DNA of 44,620 nucleotides from a virus (lineage: Duplodnaviria; Caudoviricetes): positions 1-44,620 of the IMG/VR virus record IMGVR_UViG_3300036987_000309; one strand, 5' to 3'. Each line of letters begins with the position of its first letter. The first letter of the stretch is position 1. This document shows, piece by piece, positions 36,529-44,620 of this stretch. The notes below the pieces were generated by a model, which had not been told where the DNA came from, did not search any database, and saw only the letters and a program-made list of their open reading frames with translations. The translations under genes were made by a program, and so were the position numbers.

Positions 36529-37130
36529 CACACCACCCTTGTAGCTATTCCTCTTTCCAGACACTCTTGTGCTGTAAGATAAATATCTCTCTTTAATAAA
36601 TCTTTTATTTCTTTCATAGACATTTTTGTTTTTTCCTTATATATTGAATATAAGGCATCCATCTGTTTCTGATTGTTTACGAAATTGTCTTTTTGGTTTT
36701 CAAAAGTTCCCCAATTACATCCTGACAACTGATGAATAAGGAAAAACGAATATTTTCCACAAATCCTTTCGTCCCCAGCCAAAAATAACAACGACCCTCC
36801 AGAAGCGATTGCCCCATTGTTTATCGTTATAATTTTCCCATTCATTGATTCCATCTTGTTGAAAGCATCCAAAGAAGAAAAAACGGTTCCGCCAGGACTG
36901 TTTATATAAACCTTTATTGGGTCTTTTTCTTTCATCTCCTTACTTGTCTGATTCCAAATATTATCCCTTTCAACGTCATCTAATAAAGAAACTAATTTCT
37001 GTATTGAGTTTCTTGATATGGATGAGTAAAAATAAATGTTGTTGTTTTTCCTTTCAATCTCACCTTCATAAGGCTTGGAATCGTTTTGAGCTGTATTGTC
37101 TCCCCAGATTGTATCGTTTGTTGGCATCAA
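36528..37130 (-). CDS. ClpP-like protease
   Basis: YINSPGG, IASGG (Ser), IHQ (His), RDIYLTAQECLERG (Asp). Confidence 0.9.
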   Translation of the reverse strand: MMPTNDTIWGDNTAQNDSKPYEGEIERKNNNIYFYSSISRNSIQKLVSLLDDVERDNIWNQTSKEMKEKDPIKVYINSPGGTVFSSLDAFNKMESMNGKIITINNGAIASGGSLLFLAGDERICGKYSFFLIHQLSGCNWGTFENQKDNFVNNQKQMDALYSIYKEKTKMSMKEIKDLLKRDIYLTAQECLERGIATRVV

Positions 37131-37132
37131 AA

Positions 37133-37402
37133 TTACCCCTTTGTTTTTGTTGTGTCTGAAGGACTTATTGCTGTTTTACCATCTGTACTATCTATTCTCC
37201 TTGATTCTTCCTGTTTCTTCTCAAACCTATCTAACATCTGTTTTCTCAGCATATCTTCAAACATCCTTTTCTGGGACTTCCCTCCCATTGCAGATTCCGT
37301 CCTTTTTATCAAACGAACTTTCTCCCTTGCCTTTTCATGCGAGAACCTTTTCTTTGCCCTGTTCTTAATGTTGTTTGTCAGTTTCTTTTTTGTTAAGCTC
37401 AT
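37133..37402 (-). CDS. basic hypothetical protein
   Basis: 89 aa K/R-rich ORF; GGAGG RBS; ATGA overlap. Confidence 0.6.
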   Translation of the reverse strand: MSLTKKKLTNNIKNRAKKRFSHEKAREKVRLIKRTESAMGGKSQKRMFEDMLRKQMLDRFEKKQEESRRIDSTDGKTAISPSDTTKTKG

Positions 37403-38193
37403 CTAAATCCTCCATTATCAAGTTTCATTTTTGCTTTGTGAAAATTATTCAATGCCAAAAACATATCAAGATACGCTTTAGCATCCTTTGTCATATCCGC
37501 CCACTCAGGCAATCCAGTCACCTTGTCCAACCTTAATATCCCCATCCCCTTTATTTTTTCTTCGGGAGGATTCATTTTATTTAAGGCGTAAACATAACTT
37601 GACAACTGCATTCCCATAGAAGGAAAGTATATTCCCTTGCTTGTCTTAAAATCAATCAGATATCTTTTCTTGTTCAAAAAACAAACGCAATCTGTTGTTC
37701 CAGCATACTCTTCTTCTATATTATAAATCGGAGTTTCTGATTCAATCATTTCAAATTTGTTTTTATTCGCCCATTTAATGAAAGAGTTAAATCCATTCTC
37801 AGCGGATTTAGTCTTAAACCCACTTGGCTTCTTTCCTGTCTTTAAATAATCCTCAATTGAATTGTGGACTTCCGTTCCTATTTCAGCGGCTTCATCCTTG
37901 AGAAATTTATATTCTTTTTTTGAAGCTTCAAGAATCATCTTAAGCTTATCACAGGCTATCTCTTCTTTCCCTTCAATCTGCCGATTAACATAAGTTACCG
38001 CTGACTTCAAAGCCCAAGGAATCAGGGCGGGCTTATCAAGCTCGCCAAGGATTGTCGTGACTGAAGTTAATTTGTGTTCTTTTCCGTCCTTTATGACACA
38101 ATAATATCTTTTCCCATTCCCAAGTGTTTTCTGAATCACTTGAACATCTTTTTCAACCATCCTTTTTCTCTGTTGCTTTAAAGGGTACAACAT
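37399..38193 (-). CDS. PD-(D/E)XK exonuclease (lambda-exo/Cas4-like fold)
   Basis: SVTTIL, GTEVH, YAGTTD, LIDFKTS, QLSSY; real start probably MVEKD at 38160. Confidence 0.85.
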   Translation of the reverse strand: MLYPLKQQRKRMVEKDVQVIQKTLGNGKRYYCVIKDGKEHKLTSVTTILGELDKPALIPWALKSAVTYVNRQIEGKEEIACDKLKMILEASKKEYKFLKDEAAEIGTEVHNSIEDYLKTGKKPSGFKTKSAENGFNSFIKWANKNKFEMIESETPIYNIEEEYAGTTDCVCFLNKKRYLIDFKTSKGIYFPSMGMQLSSYVYALNKMNPPEEKIKGMGILRLDKVTGLPEWADMTKDAKAYLDMFLALNNFHKAKMKLDNGGFR

Positions 38194-38548
38194 TGTCCTT
38201 TGATTCTTTCTCTTCGGATTTTTCTGCCTTTTCAGTCTTGATTTCTGAAATCTCTTTTGAAACCTTCTGGTAAAGCATTACGAGATTGTCCGCAGCTTCA
38301 AGCTTGATTGAAACATCATCTTTCTTGATTACGATAAAATAGTTGTCCTCTATTTTTGTCAACCCTTCAAACATTTCAAGGAAAGGTCTTATGGTTATCC
38401 TTTTCTTTGCTTGTTCTTCTGGCTTCTGTTCATCCTTAACCCACTCGACAATAATGAAAAAAGGATTCATTACGTCTCCTTGCGGATTGTTTCTTCCGAT
38501 AATCATCTCCCCACTTTTCAACCGATAAAGATATGGTCTGAAATCCAT
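38153..38548 (-). CDS. hypothetical protein (possible Sm-like fold)
   Basis: RLKSGEMIIG..NP..IRPF..YQK pattern common in T4-like phage small proteins. Confidence 0.55.
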   Translation of the reverse strand: MDFRPYLYRLKSGEMIIGRNNPQGDVMNPFFIIVEWVKDEQKPEEQAKKRITIRPFLEMFEGLTKIEDNYFIVIKKDDVSIKLEAADNLVMLYQKVSKEISEIKTEKAEKSEEKESKDNVVPFKATEKKDG

Positions 38549-38835
38549 TATTTGTTTCCTCCTTTTTTAATTACGATTATTTCTCCAGATTTGAAATCAA
38601 TGTCCTTGAAAATCCATTCGTCAAAACTCATGTTGTTTGCGATAAAAATCTCCCTTATTGCCATCTCTGTTTCAGCAACCATTGTTTCTATTTGAGCGTC
38701 GATTTTTCTCTTTGACCTCTCAAAAGAATTTACCGTCATTCCAAGCAATTGCATTGTGACTGCCTTTTTACCCTCAATAGTCTTAAGTTTTTCAAGAATC
38801 TGCGGATTGATTTTTGCTTTTGTTTCTTCTGCCAT
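38548..38835 (-). CDS. hypothetical protein
   Basis: 95 aa; GAGGT RBS. Confidence 0.7.
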   Translation of the reverse strand: MAEETKAKINPQILEKLKTIEGKKAVTMQLLGMTVNSFERSKRKIDAQIETMVAETEMAIREIFIANNMSFDEWIFKDIDFKSGEIIVIKKGGNK

Positions 38836-38889
38836 TTTTTACCTCTTCAATATTTTATTTGTTAAAATTTCATCAATGTTGTTTTGTTG

Positions 38890-38917
38890 AGTATATGAAA
38901 TTCTTATTACCTTACAA
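38890..38917 (-). promoter_or_regulatory. possible sigma70-type promoter
   Basis: TTGTAA-16 nt-TATACT upstream of 38835. Confidence 0.4.
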
Positions 38918-39721
38918 TTATTTATCTTTTATGTTTAATTTTCTTCCCAAAACCCTTTCAACAACCTCTCTTTTTTCAAGCCAACTTTTGTAATAATTCA
39001 GATAGTTTCCCGTTAATGGCTTATCTAAGGAATATAGTTGTCTTATTGTCGTTTCTCCAAAATTATATGCAGTAAGATACCAAACTAGTTTATCATCAAA
39101 ATAACCCCTATATTGATTATAGACATATAGCGACAATTTGACATTTAAAACATCATTAAAAAGAGTGTCGTCTCCTTCATAAGAAATTCCAATTGAAGCA
39201 CAAGCCCACCTTGCCGTTGGAACCATAAGCTGGCCAAGACCTTTTGCCCCAGCTTTACTGACAGCGTTTTTTCTCCATTCACTTTCAAGAGTAAATAAAA
39301 GAATGCACTCATCAACAGATATCCCATATTTTATGAATCCAACATCATAAATTGTTTCTGCAACTTTATATAACCTGGCTTCGTTGTATTTTGGATTATA
39401 AAATAAAGCTATCCTACAAATTTCCTGGATTAGTTCCTCTTTTTTGTTTTGTCTTGTTGTTTGTTGGGAAGAATTATAAGCGTATGATGTTGCTTGTGCG
39501 AATTTAATGTCATATTTCTTCAGTCTGTCAAGTATAAAAAGGTTTAGTAAAATAGAAAAACCCCATCCAATAACCATGACGAAAATAATTCCAGCGAAAA
39601 ACTTGTTCTTAAGTTTTGTCCTGAAAAGAAGAGTGTTTTTAGATTCCTCTTCCCTTATGAACTTCTTTTCCTCAGAATACTTAGATGAAGAAGATTCTTT
39701 GTTTGTAAAATCCTCAGCCAT
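38918..39721 (-). CDS. membrane-anchored lytic transglycosylase (SLT domain)
   Basis: TM helix FFAGIIFVMVIGWGFSILLNLFI; ES..AVSKAGAKGLGQLM..TA and AYNFGE SLT motifs. Confidence 0.88.
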   Translation of the reverse strand: MAEDFTNKESSSSKYSEEKKFIREEESKNTLLFRTKLKNKFFAGIIFVMVIGWGFSILLNLFILDRLKKYDIKFAQATSYAYNSSQQTTRQNKKEELIQEICRIALFYNPKYNEARLYKVAETIYDVGFIKYGISVDECILLFTLESEWRKNAVSKAGAKGLGQLMVPTARWACASIGISYEGDDTLFNDVLNVKLSLYVYNQYRGYFDDKLVWYLTAYNFGETTIRQLYSLDKPLTGNYLNYYKSWLEKREVVERVLGRKLNIKDK

Positions 39722-40481
39722 TGTTCTCTCCTTTAGTTGATTCCTTTATTAATTGTTCTGCGAATTTATCAAAAGACTTCCTTACGAAGTAATTCTCGTT
39801 ATAAACTTGACTTCTTTTTATTAAAGCCTTTTCAAACGCCTTTGAGTTTTCCAAAGCCCCAAGATAATTTACTTCAGCTTTAAGATATTTTTTTGCGGCT
39901 GAATTAATACTATCAAACGTTATGATTCCCGAACTAACATTTTGAGCCTTATTAACCAATATATATATGTTTTTTGGATTAAATCCGTTATTTATAAACA
40001 CTTTCATTTGAGAGTACGAATCCATTAGCGAGACATATTCTGGAGATGTTATTATCACTATTTTATCTGATTTTTGACAAAATTTTATGCTGCTATTATG
40101 TAATGTTGGAGCAGAATCAATAAGAACAATATCATACTCATCTTTAATCTTCATTAATTCATTTGCAATTGCATCTATTTTTTCATTTGACATATTTGCA
40201 CTATTTTGGTCTCCAGAGTTACCAGAAATCGCACTTATATATTCGTTTTTTTTATATTTTGCTATTAAATCCTTGAATTTTTTTTCCCCAGACAAATATG
40301 ATTTTATGTCATATTTAATATCTATGTCATTCAACATTAAATCTACATCCATAGCTCCCCAATCAACATCCATGATTAATGTTTTGTTTTTTAAATTAGC
40401 AAATGCCAACGCCAAATTCACACACACCGTAGATTTGCCGTTCCCTCCCTTCAGGGAACAAATTGCTATTGTCTGAGACAT
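39714..40481 (-). CDS. MinD/FlhG(FleN)-family ATPase
   Basis: Deviant Walker A KGGNGKST, VLIDSAP, ITSPEYVSLMDSY, LVNKA. Confidence 0.85.
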   Translation of the reverse strand: MSQTIAICSLKGGNGKSTVCVNLALAFANLKNKTLIMDVDWGAMDVDLMLNDIDIKYDIKSYLSGEKKFKDLIAKYKKNEYISAISGNSGDQNSANMSNEKIDAIANELMKIKDEYDIVLIDSAPTLHNSSIKFCQKSDKIVIITSPEYVSLMDSYSQMKVFINNGFNPKNIYILVNKAQNVSSGIITFDSINSAAKKYLKAEVNYLGALENSKAFEKALIKRSQVYNENYFVRKSFDKFAEQLIKESTKGENNG

Positions 40482-40483
40482 AA

Positions 40484-41425
40484 TTATTCCACCACCAAAT
40501 TCTTATATAAAATGTTTTCAATGTTATTCATTTCAAAATATGGAATCCTTAATAGATTTATTCCATTATTTTTAGAAAAATTATTTTTAATTTCATCTCT
40601 TCTTTTAAGAATTTTAAATGTAGTTCTATTATTCCACCCTCTGTTTCCAGTTCTAAAATTATAATGTTGTTCTCCGTCAAATTCTATCAAAAAATTTTTT
40701 GAAGGAACATAAAAATCAAATTTAAGCAACCCCTTATCTCTACATTTATGAAATGTCTTTTGTGTTTCATATCTTATATTGTTTTTTTCCAACCACATTC
40801 TAATTTTATTTTCTCCGTGTGTTTCCCTGCATTTTAAACACCCTTTTCCTGACAAATGACCATTTGGGGCTTGCTCAAACACACCATGTTTTTTGCATAT
40901 TATTTTTATTTTCTTATATTCCCCGTCGCAGTCAGACATAGAATAATCATATTTTTCCCCGTGAATTTTTCTTGCCTTTTCAACAAAATCTTCTGTATTT
41001 AATTTCAAAAGGTTATGTTGCTTTTCGATAGAACATTTAAGGCAATCGCTTTTATTGTAAAAATGAATATATGGCAACTGCTCAAAAACCCCATGTTTTT
41101 GGCAAATTATTTTAACTTTTGTTGTTGCATTTTTATATTCGACCAAGCTATAATCATATTTATCTCCGTGAACCAACCTTGATTTTTTTATAAATTCTTC
41201 GTTGCTTGTTCTTTTTTTTGAAGCACCCATTTCAAAACCACATTTTTGACATCCATATCCGATTAAGTGCGAATTTGGAATTTGATTAAATTCTCCGTGT
41301 TTTTTACATATTATAATTATTTTTATATCGTTTCTTTTATATTCTGATTTTGAATAATCATATTTGTTTCCGTGAACGTCCTTGGCTCTTTTAATAAAAT
41401 CTTCAGTTGTTATTTTTTTTGACAT
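40484..41425 (-). CDS. putative homing endonuclease: three HG.KYDYS..C..HG.F...H..C..C repeats (DUF723-like) plus Vsr-like nuclease
   Basis: Three about-70-aa repeats; FDFYVPSKNFLIEFDGEQHY..RDEIK..LLRIPY. Confidence 0.85.
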   Translation of the reverse strand: MSKKITTEDFIKRAKDVHGNKYDYSKSEYKRNDIKIIIICKKHGEFNQIPNSHLIGYGCQKCGFEMGASKKRTSNEEFIKKSRLVHGDKYDYSLVEYKNATTKVKIICQKHGVFEQLPYIHFYNKSDCLKCSIEKQHNLLKLNTEDFVEKARKIHGEKYDYSMSDCDGEYKKIKIICKKHGVFEQAPNGHLSGKGCLKCRETHGENKIRMWLEKNNIRYETQKTFHKCRDKGLLKFDFYVPSKNFLIEFDGEQHYNFRTGNRGWNNRTTFKILKRRDEIKNNFSKNNGINLLRIPYFEMNNIENILYKNLVVE

Positions 41426-41567
41426 TTTTTATTGCTCTTTCTATTTCTTTTCTTAAAAAGTCAGACATGTTGGTTTCCAAATCTATTAAAACTCTTTTTA
41501 TTTGTTTGTAAGACTCTTTGCTTATCTTAAAATTTATTGTTACCGAAAAATCTCCATCTTTCTTCAT
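41403..41567 (-). CDS. ribbon-helix-helix DNA-binding microprotein (54 aa)
   Basis: Manual translation MKKDGDFSVTINFKISKESYKQIKRVLIDLETNMSDFLRKEIERAIKNVKKNNN; INFKI ribbon and NMSDFLR turn; AGGT RBS. Confidence 0.75.
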   Translation of the reverse strand: MKKDGDFSVTINFKISKESYKQIKRVLIDLETNMSDFLRKEIERAIKNVKKNNN

Positions 41568-41583
41568 TTATTTACCTATATAT

Positions 41584-41591
41584 TTAACTTT
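41584..41591 (-). promoter_or_regulatory. AAAGTTAA motif (putative late promoter)
   Basis: Exact motif 16 nt upstream of the RHH ATG. Confidence 0.62.
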
Positions 41592-41622
41592 ATGTATTTC
41601 AACATATAATATGCTTTATTTT

Positions 41623-41904
41623 TTACAATTTCTTGATTTTTTCTATATTTAAGAAATCTTCATAGGACTGAATCTTATTATTTTTAAGTCTTAAAGTTAT
41701 AATTAAATTAGTCCATTTTTTAGGCTTTTCTCTTATATCCACCCATTCAATTGTTCTTGAACTTTTTTTTAAGGTTAATGAGCATATCTCTCCCTTTACT
41801 TCTGACTGCTGACCAGACAAGTGTTTTTTGTCATATGTCAGCCTTATTTTATCTCCTTTCTTTATTCCATGTCTGGATATGTGAATATCATCAAGGATTC
41901 CCAT
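41623..41904 (-). CDS. hypothetical protein
   Basis: 93 aa ORF in operon. Confidence 0.6.
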   Translation of the reverse strand: MGILDDIHISRHGIKKGDKIRLTYDKKHLSGQQSEVKGEICSLTLKKSSRTIEWVDIREKPKKWTNLIITLRLKNNKIQSYEDFLNIEKIKKL

Positions 41905-42289
41905 TTTTATTCTCGTCTGTTATTATACCAAACATATTTCTTTTCCTTGTTTTCAAATACTCTTTATGTTCTTTTTCATATGGAATATCTAAAATAATTG
42001 TTTCTTTACCGAATCCACATAGTATGTTTCTTTCGTTTGATTCTCCAAGAATGTCATATGTGTCTGGATTTACAGCAACATATTTGCAATTTGTTTTCAT
42101 TCTTTTGGAAATATATTCGACAATATCACCCTTCCCTTCCATCAAGTCTCTGATTTTATTTGAATAACCTTCATTACATCCATTAACTTCATTGAATAAA
42201 TCTATTATTTCTTCGCAAACTGATTCATAGCTTTGCTGAGATATAGACCCTCCGCTTTTTTCCAAAATTTTCATTATTTTATTTTTCAC
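41891..42289 (-). CDS. hypothetical protein
   Basis: 132 aa; GTG start overlapping the dnaE stop; GAGG RBS. Confidence 0.6.
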   Translation of the reverse strand: MKNKIMKILEKSGGSISQQSYESVCEEIIDLFNEVNGCNEGYSNKIRDLMEGKGDIVEYISKRMKTNCKYVAVNPDTYDILGESNERNILCGFGKETIILDIPYEKEHKEYLKTRKRNMFGIITDENKNGNP

Positions 42290-44620
42290 GCCACCTCTCC
42301 CTTAATTGCTGGTTTAGCTCTCCCTATCATAAACCTCTCTTCTTTTGTTGGCCAGACCTTATAAGAATCCATCTCAAGCAGAAAAACACCTTTCCTTTTA
42401 ATTCCAACTTCAGTGAAGTTCTCTTTGTCTGAAAAAATAAATTCCGCTTTTTTATTTGCTGAATCTATGAATGAAACAATTATGAATTCTTTCGGTCCAG
42501 CCTTACTCTTGTTTGACGTTATGTATTTTATGTCTTTGACGTAAGCCAAGATATATTTCCCTTTCACTGGAGCAAAAGAATCGCATAAAAGATGTTTCAT
42601 TCTTAATACATTAAGATGAGGTCTATAGTCTTTAAAGATATCCAACCAATATATAAAACCAAAATGCTTCTCTTCAAAAGTAATTTTTTCATCCTGGGTA
42701 TAATCCTCGACCTTTATATCTGAAAGAGTCATCCTTTCATTCATCATGTTCTTGAAAACATCTTTTGAAAACATTTCCGTCTGTTTTGCGTTTTCTTTTT
42801 TCAACACCTTCTTTTTCTTTTCTGAGAACTCCTTGTATATCTCAAAAACCTTTTTTCTGTTTGAATCAATGGAGTCAAAACATCCAGTCTGAATCAAAGC
42901 AGTCATTATGGCTTTATTTATAAAACCCCAATCGAAATTAGAATAAAGGAAATCAGAGACGGACGTAAATCCATTGGAACTTGACTTTCTCTCCCTTTCT
43001 ATTTCACCAAAACTTCTGAAAGACATCCCTCCTATGATATTGAATCCAGCCCTTATGCTCCTATCGCCTTCTATTTTGAACTCATAGGAAGATTTGTTTA
43101 TGTCTGGAGGAAGAATTTGGATTCTATATTTCGCAGCCGAACAGAAAATCCTGTCAAGCTTATCTTCGTCGTTTATGGAAAAATTAATAAGTGTAGTAAA
43201 AAACTCAAGAGGATAATGATGTTTCAAATAAACACACTGCATAGAAATAAGTGTATAAGCTACGGCATGAGCAAAATTAAATGAATATCCTCCGAATTGA
43301 AGCATCATATCGACGAATTCCTTTAGTTCCTCAACCTTTTCTTGTCCGTCTCTCGCAAGAATCTCTTGCATTTTTGTGTTCAACAATTTTTTTAAATCAT
43401 CTTCTTTCTTCTTAGATATATATTTTCTTGCCAAGTTTGCGTCAGCCATAGACAATCCGAATATCTTGTGTAACAAAAACATTATTTGTTCCTGATAAAC
43501 AAAAGTGTAATATGTGCTTCCGATTATCTCTTTCATAACAGGGTTTTTTATCAAATGCCTTGGAGGAATTTCTGTTCCGTTCTTTCTTTGTATGTATGCG
43601 TTTGATTGACCGCTCCTTAATATATCTGGTCTATACAATGAAGTCGAGTCAACAACGTGCCTGAAATTCAAAGGGTCTAACTTAAGTAGAAACCCATAAT
43701 TTTTTTCAGCGTCAAACTGGAAAATTCCAAGGTTATCTGATTTCAAATCCTTCAACAAAGCCTTGTCTTCAACCCAATTAAGTCTTTCAAAATCATCTTC
43801 TATCTTATCTGCCTTTTCATCTCCATTTATTCTGCTTCTTATTGTTTTTATTGTTCTATCTATAATGGAAACTGTTTTCAATCCAAGAATATCAAATTTT
43901 GCAACTCCCAAATCAGAAAGTTCCCTGTCATTACCTTCTTGGAAAGCTGTAACAATAACATCATTGCTTCTATTTATTGGAAGAAGTTCTGAAAGAGGTT
44001 TATCTATTATACATATTCCAGAAGCGTGTTTCCCCATACTCCTTATAGAGCCATGAAGTTTATGGACAACTTTCTTTAACATCTGTAGCTTTGGTAATTT
44101 TTCCCATAAATCAGGATGTGCGTTTAAATAATCATCAAAATCTTTTGTAGAAGCATTGACCGATGGCATAGCGTCCCCTATCTCATAAGCAAGAACACAA
44201 TCTGATTTAGCCCAAGAGTCAACTCTGACAAAATCCCTTATTATGTTTTTTACTCCAAAGTTCTGGGTTGTTCCTATGCTTGCCACATTATTATATTTTG
44301 ATTTCAGATAAGCGAATATTTCATCTCTTCTTTCAATGTCAAAATCCATATCAATATCTGGATAGTCATATCTATCCACGCTTATGAATCTTTCAAAAAT
44401 CGTTTCCCATTTAACGGCATCCAAGTCAGTTATTTTCATTAAGAAAGCAACAACAGACCCTCCTACAGAACCTCTCGCAACTCCCCTTCTTATTCCGTTT
44501 TCCCTCGCATAATTTATGATATCCCAAACCATCAAGAAATAATCAACATATCCCATCTTCTTTATTATTCCAAGTTCAAACTTCATCTTTGATTCGTATT
44601 CTGCTTTCTTTGATTCAACT
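42286..44620 (-). CDS. dnaE: DNA polymerase III alpha subunit (family C), 5' part outside window
   Basis: DYFLMVWD, RGSVGGS, FERF..R..YPDIDMDF, HASG, KFDILGL, GIFQF, YQEQIM, YSFNFAHAVAY, ILPPDINKS. Confidence 0.95.
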   Translation of the reverse strand, partial: VESKKAEYESKMKFELGIIKKMGYVDYFLMVWDIINYARENGIRRGVARGSVGGSVVAFLMKITDLDAVKWETIFERFISVDRYDYPDIDMDFDIERRDEIFAYLKSKYNNVASIGTTQNFGVKNIIRDFVRVDSWAKSDCVLAYEIGDAMPSVNASTKDFDDYLNAHPDLWEKLPKLQMLKKVVHKLHGSIRSMGKHASGICIIDKPLSELLPINRSNDVIVTAFQEGNDRELSDLGVAKFDILGLKTVSIIDRTIKTIRSRINGDEKADKIEDDFERLNWVEDKALLKDLKSDNLGIFQFDAEKNYGFLLKLDPLNFRHVVDSTSLYRPDILRSGQSNAYIQRKNGTEIPPRHLIKNPVMKEIIGSTYYTFVYQEQIMFLLHKIFGLSMADANLARKYISKKKEDDLKKLLNTKMQEILARDGQEKVEELKEFVDMMLQFGGYSFNFAHAVAYTLISMQCVYLKHHYPLEFFTTLINFSINDEDKLDRIFCSAAKYRIQILPPDINKSSYEFKIEGDRSIRAGFNIIGGMSFRSFGEIERERKSSSNGFTSVSDFLYSNFDWGFINKAIMTALIQTGCFDSIDSNRKKVFEIYKEFSEKKKKVLKKENAKQTEMFSKDVFKNMMNERMTLSDIKVEDYTQDEKITFEEKHFGFIYWLDIFKDYRPHLNVLRMKHLLCDSFAPVKGKYILAYVKDIKYITSNKSKAGPKEFIIVSFIDSANKKAEFIFSDKENFTEVGIKRKGVFLLEMDSYKVWPTKEERFMIGRAKPAIKGEVA

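Noticed and set aside
37399-38193. Cas4/CRISPR system
   Set aside because: No Fe-S Cys cluster, other cas genes or repeat-spacer array; an ordinary phage exonuclease
942-44056. Numerous + strand ORFs of 60-190 aa, and 20918..21550 on the - strand
   Set aside because: Antisense shadows of real genes; F/S/L-rich, without RBS or recognisable motifs
1-44620. Stop-codon reassignment
   Set aside because: Long intact ORFs and dense tiling under the standard code; no fragmented genes that need readthrough

Overview
This is a 44.6-kb, AT-rich segment of a large (jumbo-type, distantly T4-like) tailed phage genome in the standard genetic code, with almost all genes on the - strand. Read in the direction of transcription (right to left), it has four blocks. 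(1) A replication/host-takeover block: partial DnaE-type DNA polymerase III alpha, a Zn-repeat endonuclease, an FlhG/FleN-like ATPase, a membrane-anchored lytic transglycosylase, a PD-(D/E)XK exonuclease and a ClpP-like protease. (2) A tail/baseplate block: three paralogous fibre-like proteins and a gp26/gp51-like hub pair, interrupted by a small sigma70-driven lipoprotein islet. (3) Probable head-internal proteins and ankyrin proteins. (4) A packaging/head block: a nuclease-less terminase ATPase paralog, an endonuclease, full-length TerL, a portal carrying an HNH intein, and a gp21-like prohead protease. Several signals are absent from the ORF track: an AAAGTTAA motif in front of most late transcription units; three unannotated ribbon-helix-helix (RHH) microgenes, two of which form an identical promoter-RHH-endonuclease cassette; a probable programmed +1 frameshift (TTT_TTT_CGT) joining the gp26- and gp51-like ORFs; and strong ESG tripeptide enrichment in one fibre paralog. 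No tRNA, rRNA or CRISPR array was seen. All family assignments come from motif recognition by eye, not from database searches.
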